From contig AP026146.1 of the NCBI GenBank assembly GCA_030295235.1, positions 620,001 to 684,000 of the forward strand: a stretch of 64,000 bases of DNA, given 5' to 3'. The notes under the pieces were generated by a model, which saw nothing but the letters and a program-made list of their open reading frames with translations, ran no database searches and had not been told where the DNA came from. The first letter of the stretch is position 1. The number at the start of each line of letters is the position of its first letter. A program made the position numbers and the translations under genes. Origin of the DNA: Fistulifera solaris (lineage: Eukaryota). This document shows positions 12,806 to 25,157 of this stretch, piece by piece.

Positions 12806-13708
12806 CTACTTGGTCTTTTCTGATGCAGCCGCCGCCATTTGACTTTTGGCCCACATAGGCAAATTCTCCACATCCTTCAACCACATGTCTTCTTCCGGAG
12901 TATTCGTACGTCCATTGACGAAATTACGATGCGGATAACGACCGAAGCGTTCAATGACTTGGGAATGATCCAATGCCATTTGACGTTGAATCTTCCACAT
13001 GTTTGCAAATTGGGGTGGTGACATGGCTTCGACCTTTTCCATAACTTTCAAAATGGTCGCATGATCATCCAACGATTCCGAATGCATAAATGCGGTATTC
13101 AAAAAGACGGTATACGGCAAATAAATTTCACCGTCAGCATGACTATTGCCGTCGTTTGACAAGAACAAATCGGCCACTTGCCGAGCGCGTTGCAACGCGA
13201 CGGGATCGTAAGCGAATGCCTCCAAACTCCCACGGAAACAATTGCGAGAAAGTTGATCGCATAGAATGATTTCACTCATATAATCATCAATGCGACTCGT
13301 CGTGAGAGGCTGCGCGGTTTGCATGGATTCGTTGAGAAGGAAGGTTCCCTTCCCGGCGGCACGAATCGCTTCGGTAAAGGTCGATTGACACAACTGATCG
13401 TATTCGGGAAATCCTTTCCACCACAAATCATTCATGGCTTGAAGACAGTGTCCCTGTCGAAGACCAGTTTCGATCGATTCGGGGTCTTGCAAGTTGACAC
13501 CAAAAAAGAACGATAAGACCGATTCGGGTGTCATGGGATTCTGCACGGCGGCTTGAATAAACGGTTTGCCGACAAATTCAGCAAACGAAAGAGGTTGTGT
13601 CATATTGCTAGTCGTCGTAGAAATAGGAGGATGAGTCGAAGATGCAGTTCGGATACTGTTGTGAGGACAAAAACGCAATGAAGCAAGACGGAAAAATCGA
13701 AAGATCAT
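12806..13708 (-). CDS. DUF924-family protein
   Basis: 'IILCDQLSRNCFRG...AFAYD', 'FMHSESL', 'IERFGRYPHRN...GRTNTPEE'. Confidence 0.9.
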   Translation of the reverse strand: MIFRFFRLASLRFCPHNSIRTASSTHPPISTTTSNMTQPLSFAEFVGKPFIQAAVQNPMTPESVLSFFFGVNLQDPESIETGLRQGHCLQAMNDLWWKGFPEYDQLCQSTFTEAIRAAGKGTFLLNESMQTAQPLTTSRIDDYMSEIILCDQLSRNCFRGSLEAFAYDPVALQRARQVADLFLSNDGNSHADGEIYLPYTVFLNTAFMHSESLDDHATILKVMEKVEAMSPPQFANMWKIQRQMALDHSQVIERFGRYPHRNFVNGRTNTPEEDMWLKDVENLPMWAKSQMAAAASEKTK

Positions 13709-14397
13709 ACACTTTTTTCTCTCTCCTGTTAGAAGCAGTCGCTCCTCTTTTTATCAGTAATAAGATGAATGATCGTTTGCAAAGAAGAAGGTGAATGATC
13801 GCCGTCGATGTTTGACACAACTCCGTATTTCATCAGAAGCCAAACCACAAGGAACAAAATCGAAGTCGGCGACGGCGTAAAAAGATCGCGCGACCCACTC
13901 ATGACTGAAATTCTGTCTTGCGAGGAAAAGGTCGCCTACACTAGAGTGTATAGTATTCGAGAGACAAAGATCTGTCGCGCGGCATAGCGAGATGATGATT
14001 CAGCGTTGCATCACAAAAATGGCTAGAGATTGATGAATTGTGATAAGACCAGATACCAGATGTGTAGTTGACAAGGTTAATTGAACGACAGCAAGGTTTA
14101 CGAGCAAGTTGGCTTGGAACTAAGTCAACTATTCGTGACTGCATGCAGTCGTGGTTTGGTTCCGTCGGCATAGGTCGAGGCCAAGTTGAGGCTATGGTAC
14201 TTCTCCGGGTGAAATACTCACCTCTAGGTTCTTTGACGTAACTGACAGTAGTCGTATCACAGAACTGGTTAAGAATATATGAAAACTTGATAATGACGGT
14301 TGTAGCTTACCAAGTAAACGAAACAATGGAATTTTTCACGAGCAAGCTAGCTCGGAGAAAAATTGCAATTCACCTTTTCGAGCTCTTGTTTCAAGCA

Positions 14398-15465
14398 TTA
14401 GGCTCGCTTTGTTTTTTCAAATCCCGTCGCTGCACTCGTTATCATAGCTACTCCGCATCGCGCGATACGATACGCCAAATACGACTGTAACGCAATCCAC
14501 ACTGGCAAGCCAGCGGCAACCACATCCATGACCCAACGGACTGTCTGCAAGCTGCTACGATCATTGACATTCGGAAAATCGTGCTGCCGCAATTCAGCGT
14601 TATCAACACCGAGAAATTGTAGCAAAGGAGCCCAACCTTGTTTCACATTAAACAGCAACAGTCGATCAGGAGGAAGCGTCTCCTGACATCGTTTTTGAAA
14701 ATCCCGGTGCAACGCAATCCATCGTTCTTTCTGACCTGGATCATCTACAATGGCCGGATGATGCAATATCTCAAACCACGGCAATGGACGATAGATGTGT
14801 TCCGGATAATGCGAGTGAGTGCGAGGGAAATCTTCCAAAATGGTCAACAGCTGCTCGGGGAAATCAAAATTTCCAATGAGCCATTTCCATGGCCGACAAA
14901 TTAAATGACCCATCAAGTGTGTGATATCCGACCATGATTCAAACCACTTCTCTTCATTGTCGCGAATGGTAAAGAGTACTTTAGCATTGGGCCGCAATTC
15001 CGCCAAGGGCAAAGCAAATAAATTGACGGGGAAATCCAGTGTCGCAGTATATCCTTCCGCCTCAATATCTTTGAGTAAACTTTCTAGTTCGGTGAGATTA
15101 TGATGCTGCTTGTAGTCTTCTGCCGCTCGCAACCATCGAGGAATGTGTTCACTGTGTTCTAACATAGAGCGCGTGTCGTAGACTTTGTGACCCAAGATTT
15201 TGAGTGCTTCTTCCGTCGACTTTGTACCCGACCGAGCAAACCCGGCTCCCAAAACTTGCATGCCATTGGTCGCTGAATCATCATCAATGTGAGAACTGTG
15301 TTTGCGTCGAACGAAATCCAATACAAATTCAAAAGCACCGGCGAGTTTGCTATTGCTGCGTGATTGTTGTTGTTGCTGCGCCGCGACGGCGAGAACGCCG
15401 AGACAACAACTGCCGACTAGTAAAACTGTTGTGGTGTAACTGCTCTTCCAAGAATGACAATTCAT
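14398..15465 (-). CDS. P-loop sulfotransferase (Sulfotransfer_4-like), N-terminal signal/anchor
   Basis: 'VLGAGFARSGTKS', 'ATLDFP', 'RLLLFNVKQGWAPLLQFLG...FPNVN'. Confidence 0.85.
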   Translation of the reverse strand: MNCHSWKSSYTTTVLLVGSCCLGVLAVAAQQQQQSRSNSKLAGAFEFVLDFVRRKHSSHIDDDSATNGMQVLGAGFARSGTKSTEEALKILGHKVYDTRSMLEHSEHIPRWLRAAEDYKQHHNLTELESLLKDIEAEGYTATLDFPVNLFALPLAELRPNAKVLFTIRDNEEKWFESWSDITHLMGHLICRPWKWLIGNFDFPEQLLTILEDFPRTHSHYPEHIYRPLPWFEILHHPAIVDDPGQKERWIALHRDFQKRCQETLPPDRLLLFNVKQGWAPLLQFLGVDNAELRQHDFPNVNDRSSLQTVRWVMDVVAAGLPVWIALQSYLAYRIARCGVAMITSAATGFEKTKRA

Positions 15466-15996
15466 TGTGGATGTTTATTCATTCATCGAGACCTGTGAAT
15501 TGAAGGAAGAATGATTATTATTTTTACTCGGAGTACTGTACCGGTACTGTACAATTAGTTGGCTTCAGCATTCATTCGTCCGGTAAAATGCGCGGTGTGC
15601 GCGGTGGCCGAAAGTTCCGGTTCTGAAGCACGTTCTATACTTTTGCTGTGAAAGTAGGTGATGTTCTTGGAAGTTCCGCAAATAGAACGTTTGAGTGCCG
15701 CTTTGGACCCACGTCATCTGTGACGTTTGACATACGACGCACGTACGTGTGTGTCGCACGAGGAATGAAACAATACTAGAGATGCCCATCAATAACACAA
15801 AAATGAAACCGATGAGCAGCGATGAGATGAATGACGATACCTGGTAGTTTGTAGATCAGTAGAGACATTTTTTTATACAAAACGAGTTCAAGTAATTCAA
15901 ACTCACAACGCTGAAAGTAAAGCTGCTGTCATTTGGTTGTTGATTGTTTTCATTCCCCTTTCAAGCAGTCTTCGTTAACTTACAGCGGATCGCACC

Positions 15997-17078
15997 ATGA
16001 TGACGATGATGCACATCACAACGTCCTTCATCTTTGCCGCGTTGCTGCAGATGACTTGTCACAAGGTCGTCGGGGCGTTTGTTCCTCAGAAATATCAACA
16101 TTCGACCTTATCACACCACATGGCCGCCTTAAATGATTATCTTTCCTCGCTTTCTTCCCCTTCTTTTCAACATCCGCGGTGCTAGTGTCTCATTCGTCAT
16201 CCGTCGCACCCACCCCATCAGTTACTCGTAAGTCTGATGCCTTCCAAAGAAAACAAGCTAATCTTTTATATCATTCGTAACTGACTCACTCTATCTTATC
16301 ATCCTCTCGTTTTCTTTTTTTTCACGCGATAACAGCCAGTCCAACAGAAACGTCGTATTTTGCACACGCCCCGCTCTCGTTTTTCGCTCTCGATCAATTG
16401 AAAACTAAAGGACCGCGGGCCAATGCCGATGTCGGTCAACCGTGGGATGCGAGTCGATCCTTCTTTGATCAAGATATCATTGCATCGGGGAGTTGGTGGT
16501 GTGCCGAAGGTGGATGGCCGTCTCCAAAACAGCGCACGACGACCGAAATCTTTCATGTGTTGCAGGGACACGGATGTTTGACAGATGTGGACGGTACGCG
16601 ACATTACTTTGGTCCCGGTGATACAGTGATTTTGCCCAAGGGATGGAGTGGACGATGGGATGTTTTGGAAGCGATTCATAAAGTATGGTTTGTGCACGAG
16701 CATCCCCACATAGAAGAGTCGTCTCAACCCATTCGGGTACAAATTGTGCCGTATCACATGGCGTCTCCGCAGTATTTGGTACACAAGGGTGTACGACCAG
16801 ATGCGACTCACGGATCACCCAGTACCTCTTCGAGTGTATTGTACGATGTGGGGCCGACCGAAGTAGGCTTTTGGACGTGTACCCCGGGATCGTTTCCGTG
16901 CAAAAGTCGTTCTACTACGGAATGTTTTCATGTCCTGGAGGGATTGTTCTTTTTGACCAACGACGCGGATGGTACGGCGCAACGATGTCAAGCGGGTGAC
17001 ACGGTGGTATTACCGAAAGGTTGGTCGGGACATTGGGATGTGATTGAAACTGTCAAGAAACTATGGGTGGTGGTATGA
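15997..17078 (+). CDS. Tandem cupin_3 (DUF861/EutQ-like) protein, probably plastid-targeted
   Basis: Two repeats of 'W.C..G....R.TTE.FHVL.G....T..DGT......GDTV.LPKGWSG.WDV.E...K.W'. Exon 1 carries 'VVGA-FVP' signal. Probable intron ~16228-16335. Confidence 0.8.
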
Positions 17079-17668
17079 GGATGTAAGATGTTCGATAGAA
17101 GCGGGAAGTCAAAGTGAACCACCTGCTTAGGAAATATTCTAAGTTGCCTATAAGAAGATGATTTCTATTATTCAGGTGTGCCATGAGCTCGTTGATGTTT
17201 GACAGTATATGATGCAATGTTGGAAAAATACCGCAGAGGAATAGAAAGGCCGTCGCGAACGGTCAAAATTCGTCAAGACATTGATGGATACAGCTTGATG
17301 AGTGGCTTTTAAGCTGGAGAAGTCCGTCTTCGCCATCATTTTACTCAAGTTCCTCGTCGGCATCGAAATTGGTGGCAGTTCGAGAAAGTTTTCGGTTTGA
17401 AGTTAACGTCCAAGTGATCCGGCTCCTAGTCCAATACGGATGATGCTTCGTTTTGAAGCATAATGTAAACGCCCGTTGCTTGAACTTTCGGCTACGCTAG
17501 TATTTTAGTTTGGGTAGAATATTTCACGACTGACTTTGATCGTCGGTCACGAATTCATTCATCGTCGCGTCAGAAGGGATTCGTTATGTGAGCATTATTT
17601 ATTGCGTCGTTTGTGATACGATTCATCCAATATTAGTTATTCTCATTGTTGAAACCGCAACAATTCTC

Positions 17669-18477
17669 ATGAGCAGCAGCAAAGGACTCTCGAAAGCCGG
17701 TCAAGTTTTCTTCGGAGGCCTTTGTGTCGGCACATTGGCTTGGGAACATGGCAAACGCAACGCTACTTTGAAAAGATTCGTCTCATGGAAGAACGACAGA
17801 GTGATTTACAGAAAGCACCTACTGAAACATTCAACATACAAGAAATACAACAGCAAACGAACAACTTTTGTCAACTGCAGCTTCAAGGACGTTACGATCA
17901 CCGACACGAATTTCTAGTTGGGCCGCGCGGTCCTCCTCCCGGTGCTTTGCCCGATACGGCTGGAGGAGGAGGAATCAGTTCAGCACCGCAGGGGTACTTT
18001 GTTATGACACCTTTCATACTAAAGAAAACAGGAGAAACGGTCTTAGTCAATCGAGGATGGGTCCCACGGGCCATGGTGGTACCCGACCGGCGGCAGTCTT
18101 CGTCAAACGCTTCGAGAAGTGATTTGTTGCAATGGGATCGTCCGGACACGGTTACGGACTTGGTAGTGGTTCCGGCTCGTGCCGAAACACCCAAATCGTT
18201 GTTGGTCGCACAACACGACTTTCAAGCGCAACCTCCACGACTCTTTTGGTACGATCAAGTAGCCATGCAAGCCGCAGCCGGTCTCCCCTTGCAACCACCT
18301 TCCTTAATTGTCACGGCGATACAAAACAAAAATCAATCTTCTTTGCCCTTACGACCGCCCGTCGAGCATGTGGGAGATTTCAAAGTTACACCCGCTATCC
18401 ATGTTGGTTATGCCGCCACGTGGTACGGTTTGTCGTTGGCGGGTGTGTACATGACGCGGATGCTTCTTCGGAGATGA
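17669..18477 (+). CDS. SURF1: SURF1/SHY1 cytochrome c oxidase assembly factor
   Basis: 'GLGTWQTQR', 'VLVNRGWVP', 'HVGYAATWYGLS'. One-base indel near 17737. Confidence 0.9.
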
Positions 18478-18609
18478 AATCGAATGCATTAACAAATAAG
18501 CAAACGCAAAATAGAATCAAGTTCTTGTGCGTATATAGTATTTATGCGTTTCTTTGCTAGCTGCGAAATATGCCCTTAGCCACGCGACGAAGAGGTATCT
18601 TCTTCCTGG

Positions 18610-19191
18610 TCACGTCCGAAGAAACAAAGATTCCAGTTCTTCCAAATCCAAATTGTATTCCATCAAGGCGAAAGCTCTTTTCCATGAGGATTTCCTTTCT
18701 TCAGGTTGATCCATGCGACCCTGAGACTTGCCGAGACGGAACAAGGTCTTAGCGACGCGTTCCGGTGGATCTTCATTTTGCGTTTGCAACAGAAGACAGG
18801 CCGTGTAGGCTTTCTTAGCGGCCGCGTAATCGTTCATCTCTTCACAGATCATGCCCAAAAAGAACTGCACTTCTGCCAATACATCGATCGGAAACATGTC
18901 GGGCCCTGCTTCCGATTTACCAACGAGGTTCACGAGCCAAATGGACACGTATTCCAGCTCGGTACGGTCCTTCCGAGTGGCCAATCCACGGAACACCAGA
19001 CCACTTTGATCGTCCGTGGTGCGAGGAATGAACCAAGTCGCCAACAACTCCAAATCGTTCCAATCGAGTGGCGCCGAAAAGGTTTCGATGAGTTTGATAA
19101 GTCGATTGGCATCACGAGAAGAACAATTATTTTTCTTGAGAGAAAATTGTTTCTCGGTCGCTCGGGAGAACCAAGACTTGGCTTTGAACAT
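18610..19191 (-). CDS. Hypothetical protein with C-terminal TPR-like helices
   Basis: 'LAEVQFFLGMICEEMNDYAAAKKAY', 'VAKTLFRLG' TPR-like pattern. Confidence 0.5.
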   Translation of the reverse strand: MFKAKSWFSRATEKQFSLKKNNCSSRDANRLIKLIETFSAPLDWNDLELLATWFIPRTTDDQSGLVFRGLATRKDRTELEYVSIWLVNLVGKSEAGPDMFPIDVLAEVQFFLGMICEEMNDYAAAKKAYTACLLLQTQNEDPPERVAKTLFRLGKSQGRMDQPEERKSSWKRAFALMEYNLDLEELESLFLRT

Positions 19192-19672
19192 TGTGAAGAG
19201 TGAAAGAAGATGTTAAATGCAGTGAGGGGATGATACAAGACGGAAAGTTGTACCACCTGATGACAGGGGGAAGTCACAATGCAATTTGATGATCTGAACC
19301 AAGCTTCGTCAACAAACTACAGACTCCGAGCAAATTATGTGGCATGGAGATGCCTCTTTGCAGAAAGAGAGAGATTGTGAGAAGAAAAAAAAAGAACACT
19401 GGAAGGTGCACAACATCAAAAAGGCAAGATTCATAAGAGCAAAGATATAGTACTGTACTGCCTTGGGCTCAGACTCTGACTCGTCTTGATGCGAAATCTT
19501 ATAGCTTTTTACAGCGATTGCTGGTTGTGAATTCTGACGTTCTACAAGGTTGCAATGTTCAACTTGCAAGCATAATATTTCGTCTTCGAACTTTGAATTG
19601 CCGAAATGCCGATGGCCAATCACGGTGGCATCATTTTTTGATGGATGCGGCGTGCGGTGCCCTCAAGAAAAA

Positions 19673-19803
19673 GGGGAGACTTCCGTTAGGTCTCCAACCA
19701 GGGTGAACCTCTTCCGATAGCTCTCCCGTTAGGAGAGACGTTAACTGACTACATTCAACTTTACAGTAGAGTACGCGCCATTGGATGTGGTACTAATTAC
19801 TTA
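19673..19803 (+). repeat. Left terminal inverted repeat (131 bp)
   Basis: Base-by-base reverse complement of 25406-25536. Confidence 0.97.
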
Positions 19804-19973
19804 AAGGCCTTCCATCCATCATTAGTTCTACTTAGGTCACGCACAATAACCGCACAATCGTTCGCGTTGTGCGTTTGTTCCGTTCCGACTGCCGACAAGA
19901 TGATCAGAACGCTGCATTCCTTATTGTCATAGTTGCCCTTCCGTTCCTACTGTTGCTCTTTTACAACATTAAC

Positions 19974-21890
19974 ATGTCGATCATTGAAACGAAGGGCGAC
20001 GATCATTCGTCACGATTATGCAAAAATATGGGGCACTTCCTCCAACCGGTCCGTATGATTTTGAAAAGTTTCTCTATGACAAACCGATCCCTGAGGATGA
20101 TCACGAGGAGCTTCTCCGCAGCATCGCTTTTGTGTAATGCGATCGAAAGCTCTTACGAGATGTCAGCAAGCACGGAGAAAGCCCTTGCTACGTGTGCACT
20201 TGCTGCAAAACGTTCTCACTTAAGTTCAAGGAAGAAAACGGCGAACTTCGATTGCTACGACCATCCTAGTACTAACTTCAGGCACAGTTTGTTTTGCACT
20301 CCAACAAACGACCTCCCAAAGGACTGCCGCAGAAAATCAATGATAGTGCAGAACATTCCTGCTGTTCAAGACTTCTTCAAAACATGCTTCCAGGCACCAA
20401 ACTTCGACAGTCATGCTACTCGCAAGAATCTCAACGCCGTCCTCAGGAAAGAGGGTTTCGACATCGAAGTTGGCCCGACAATGCATTCAAATCTCAAGAA
20501 ACACTTCCGTGAGGTCTACCCGAAAGGATTTGTTGATGTACAATGAGCTGTTGGCCCAGTATCTTCGGAAATATGTCGAGCTAAATCCAAATGCCTCCGT
20601 CAATTTAGAAACTGACCAGAACTCATGCTTTTTTCGGTCAACTGTGTTCATTGAGAATGCCGCGCACTTCTTTAGAAATGCCTGCATTCCTGCAATCTTT
20701 TAGACGGAACACACATCCGTATACCCGAACACGATGGAATTGGAGTCCCGATCATAGGGGTCGATGGAAATGGAAGTAACATTCCACTTGGTTTTGGGTT
20801 GATTCCCTCGGAAAACAAGCAAGGGATGATATATATCCTTCTCATGATGTATCAAGCTGGGTTCAATTTCGAAGAGTTTCCAGTATTCACTGACCGAGGA
20901 CACATTCTAGCCGCTGTCCGAGCGTTGGCAGAACATTATGGACTGGTTGTTTCCGTGAAGTATTGCTTGATTCATATTCTTCAAACATTTACCATCTATT
21001 CAATATCAATCAACGATCGGCGAGAGGGCAGAGCGGTCGGCTTGGTTTATCGCGCGCGAGATGCAAAGCGCTCCAGATGTTAACGCCTTCTTGGATGCTG
21101 CGAAGAAGCTTGTCAAAGCGCTTCCACAAATTGAAGAAAACGAAACTCTTAGTACCGGTGCGCTGAATTGTTATCTATGTTCTTGGGACAATTCATCCTA
21201 CTCATTGGACTGTGTTTGGAAATACACCGAGTCAACATGAATCTATGTGGGAGCCCCTATATTTTACCTATCTAGCTGAAGTGAATGGCTTCACAGAGAT
21301 AAGTGGAGACGTCGACGAATGGAGGTGGTTGCTCAACGATCACGTGCCAGTTGGAAACAAGTTCCCTTTATATGGTTTCTGTTCAACAAATCATGTCGAA
21401 TCGGCCCAGCAGTGGCTTCTACATCATGAAGTGAGGACTAATACCCCTCCACTAGCCATTTCTAACTTTTTGATGGCGGCTGCCGAATCTCTTCGACAAT
21501 TTCGAGATGAAATAACAACCAAATCTGCTAGGTTCCTCACCATATACTTTCGAAGCTTGCAAGATACAGGCAATGAAGATCTAGATTTTGTAATAGAGGA
21601 TGCTGAAGGATGCCCGATGGCAGTTTGAAATTCAAATTATGCAGCTGAAAAGCACAAGAAGACGGAGTATGTTACTTATGAACCCACGAGCACTCCGTCC
21701 CTGTACTGCTCCTGCAGTAGAACAGCGATGCGGGAAATCTACTGCGGCCACATCAACCTTGTTTCACGTACAAGATCCTCAACTTGGCCCTCAATCCCAC
21801 CCTCTGTGTTTTCGCAATTCTCACGAAGAGTTTGGAAAAGTTCCGACAAGTGGTGATCGTCAGCTTCCTTACAGAGTTTCTTAACAACTA
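19974..21890 (+). pseudogene. MULE DDE transposase plus SWIM zinc finger (frameshifted in this assembly)
   Basis: 'DGTHIR...IIGVDGNGSNIPLGFGLIPSEN' (D at 20703), 'VFTDRG' (20892), 'KYCLIH' (~20958-20975), 'STNHVES' (E at 21398), SWIM 'CSCSRTAMREIYCGH' (21707-21751). Confidence 0.85.
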
Positions 21891-24299
21891 TCCGCTGACT
21901 TGACGTCCCGGGATTTGGGGATATCAAGCTTGCTTATCAATCAGAAAACATTTATCCATCACCAACTTACACTGACAAGCTTAACTCGGGGGAACAGAAT
22001 AATCAGTAATGGTGAACCGGGACCACGTAAGTCAAAGAAAAAGAAGCAATCGGGCGCTGGAATCAGCACGAATGACAAAGGAGTATGAGCCAAGTTCAAA
22101 GAACAAGCTCAGTCGAAATAACGATGCAATAGCAGAAGCGATTGCCGCCCGATGGTCTGTTTGATTTTGGGACCAAACCAAAGGCGAACACATGCAACAG
22201 CTAGAATCAACTCTTGGAGTATAGCGTAGAGGCGGCAAGCCCTTACCTCGGCACTGCTTTCACTGCAGATCACCGAATCACACAATTCGACAGTGTCTGG
22301 ACTACCTCAAAGATGATCGAAGGTACATGGATCCTGCATTACTTGAAACTGGCGCAATTCTGGTCAACCATTTCCCAACATGCGTCATTGACATGGATGC
22401 AGGAATTACTTCTGAAGATTTGGACAACGATGATACCTCCGGAGGACATGGCCTTCACAATATTGACAAGATTGGCTTAGTAGAAGACTCTGATGCAGCC
22501 AATGCCATTGTCCAGTCACGGATTTTAAAGCTTACTGGAGAAGACGCTGCAGAAATTCACGCTGAAGACGACAACGAAAATAACTATCTTCTGGATATGG
22601 ACCTTGCTCCGTCAGGTAGTAACCGAGATATTGTAGTAATTATTCGTGACAAGGATTACACGGAAAGAAGAAGTCACGAACAAGAATTGACCATGGTTGA
22701 TGATGTCGAGGTAGGCATCCATGACGATTCCCGTCTGAACAGTGCACACTCGGGTCATCTGTCGACAATTCTAGAGGATGAAGATGTGGAACCAAGCACC
22801 GCACATAATGCTTTTGCCTCAAGTCCCGCAACAACAGAATATTCAGTAAATGAAATGCCAACAACTAGAACAAAGAGGAGATCCAAACAAGCTTGAATTT
22901 AAAAGCGCAGAAGGCAAGTCCATCTACCGCAAAGTCATCGATATTGAAGACAGCGACCGCATCCAGACCGAATTTGAAACCACCGCCGACCACAACAGCT
23001 TGTGCTTCCAGTCCAGCAACAACAGATTTTTCATTAGTCAAAATGGCAACGAGAAAGAGGAAACGGCCGAAACAGCCACCAAATCAAAAAGCTGAAGGAA
23101 CAAGTCCCGCCACAACTGATTCGTCAATCTTTGAGAGGCCGACCATGAAGAGTCAAAATCTGAAGCCACCACCTGATATCAGAGCTCATGCCTTGACTAT
23201 CGAGTCTTCAATGAATGAGAATACAACACAAAAAAGGAAAAGATCGAAACTGACAGCAAATTCCAGAGCCAAAGGCCCGACTCATGCCCGTAAAAAAGAA
23301 GTTGAAACCGCCACCGATTGCAGAAGCAAAAGCAGGAAGTCCCGCCACAGCAGTTTCTTCCATAGTTGAGATGCCAACTATGAAGAGGGGTAATCTGAGA
23401 GCACTGCCAAGATCTCATTCAAACAGTCCAACAACCGAAGTATCACGATTCCTGAAGATATGATTATAAAGATACCGAAGACAGAACCCACTAATGCAAG
23501 TCCCGCCACGTCTGCTAGTGACGATTCATCACATGTATTTAAAAGGCGATTAGACATCCAAAAGAAGAATGCAAGTCCCGCCAAATCCGGTAATCTCAGT
23601 GACGATTCGTCGCATTTCCTGAAAATGCCGCTAGATCTGCGAAGAAAGAACTTGGCACAAAATGAAGCTCTCAAGTTCATTTTCAGTGGGTATTCCGAAA
23701 ACCAGAAGAACTCGTAGAGCTATAACAAGTCCCGCTACTGCCACTAGTGGGACCTCATCACAATTCTTGAGAACACCCTTCGACCTGAGACGTAAGATTG
23801 TAGATCCCAGAAATGAAAATCAATTTTCATTACGTCGACAACAAGTAAGGCAAATTGGAGTAGCCCCTTTGCAACCCCCAGTCATTACTGATGAACCATC
23901 AAAGATCGTATCCTATTTTTTACGACACAGCTTATCCATTTGTGGGAACCATTGAGCAATTAAATTGTTTGGTTCAAGAACACGAGTTTGATATTCCAGA
24001 ATCATTTCACGGAAAACGGAAACAAATGATTTAACGATGAAAAGAAGGGCTTCAACCCGGCAGCAAGGGCGCAAACCAGCGAGGACTTGTGAGTGAGAAC
24101 AATATTGCAATCCACGTGCGCGGAATACTCTTGCAGAGACAGCAAAAGGAAAGAAGTGGAATAGAATCATTTATCACTGTAGGGACAAGAAAGAATGGAA
24201 ACGATCTGATTTACAACAAAGAAGATGCCAGGGGATCTCTTCGGTCACTCCTTTTTGCAATCCAGTGCAAAGGGCGTTGATAAAGGTCGCGAGTCGTCA

Positions 24300-25038
24300 C
24301 GACCTGAAGAGGGAAAGAAGCATCATATCAAGGTGCTAGAGTGGTGCCACGGCATCCATAACCAGTGAATGCCTTGAAATTATGAACTCGCAATGTTATT
24401 TCAATGACGATTGTGAACAGTTTCCTTGAAAGCATAACAAGCAAGACCGTGAACGGATGAGGGAGTTATTGCACACCCGTCGTATGTCATGAGTAATCTG
24501 TGGGATTCCGCCAACCAAAATATTAAGAGAGAGGGTAGACTGCAGCTTAGTTCAGCGTTTGTGGCATTGAATTCTATGACAAAATCGAACAATTTGGGCA
24601 TTCATTTATTCCCTATGTGCAAGGAGAGGCACTGGTGGTTGATGGTGGTTGATGCCGATAATCGAGTTATTTATTCGCTCGACTCCCTCGAAGATCCGGA
24701 CGATCACTACTCTAATGCTGTCTGGCTTTCAGGTTTATTTAAATTCGCGTGCGGTGAGGCAGCAATTAGAATGCGCGTCAACAAGCGAGCAGCAGGAATC
24801 AACATTACCCGATTTCGCTCCGTGGGAATACCAAGAAATGCGTCTTCCCAATAAACTATTGCAACATGATGGCCATAGTTGCGGACCATATGTATGTTTT
24901 TATGCGGCGACAATTCTGAAACATGGTCGACGTGCCCTCAATGAGAGGACATGGTTCCTTGACTCTATTTCGGAGATTGGAGTCGGAGATGATCTCCGAC
25001 CTTTTGTATTTGATGTTATGTTTCAATTGGCTGAATGA
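24300..25038 (+). pseudogene. Ulp1/SENP-like (peptidase C48) domain within the transposon
   Basis: 'LFPMCKERHWWLMVVD...IYSLDSL' (His 24631, Asp) and 'LQHDGHSCGPYVC' (oxyanion Gln, Cys 24879); one frameshift between them. Confidence 0.85.
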
Positions 25039-25157
25039 CACGTATAGAGTAATGTGTGATATTAATCAACCAAGTCTAGTTTGAAACTGAAATTGTGTAG
25101 ATTGGGTTTTGATTATTTACACGAAGTAGTTTTCGACGAAAGCCTTGATCGGTGGAA

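Noticed and set aside
13940..14290. Possible structured ncRNA in the intergenic region
   Set aside because: No recognisable tRNA, snRNA or snoRNA motifs by eye; an Rfam search would be needed.
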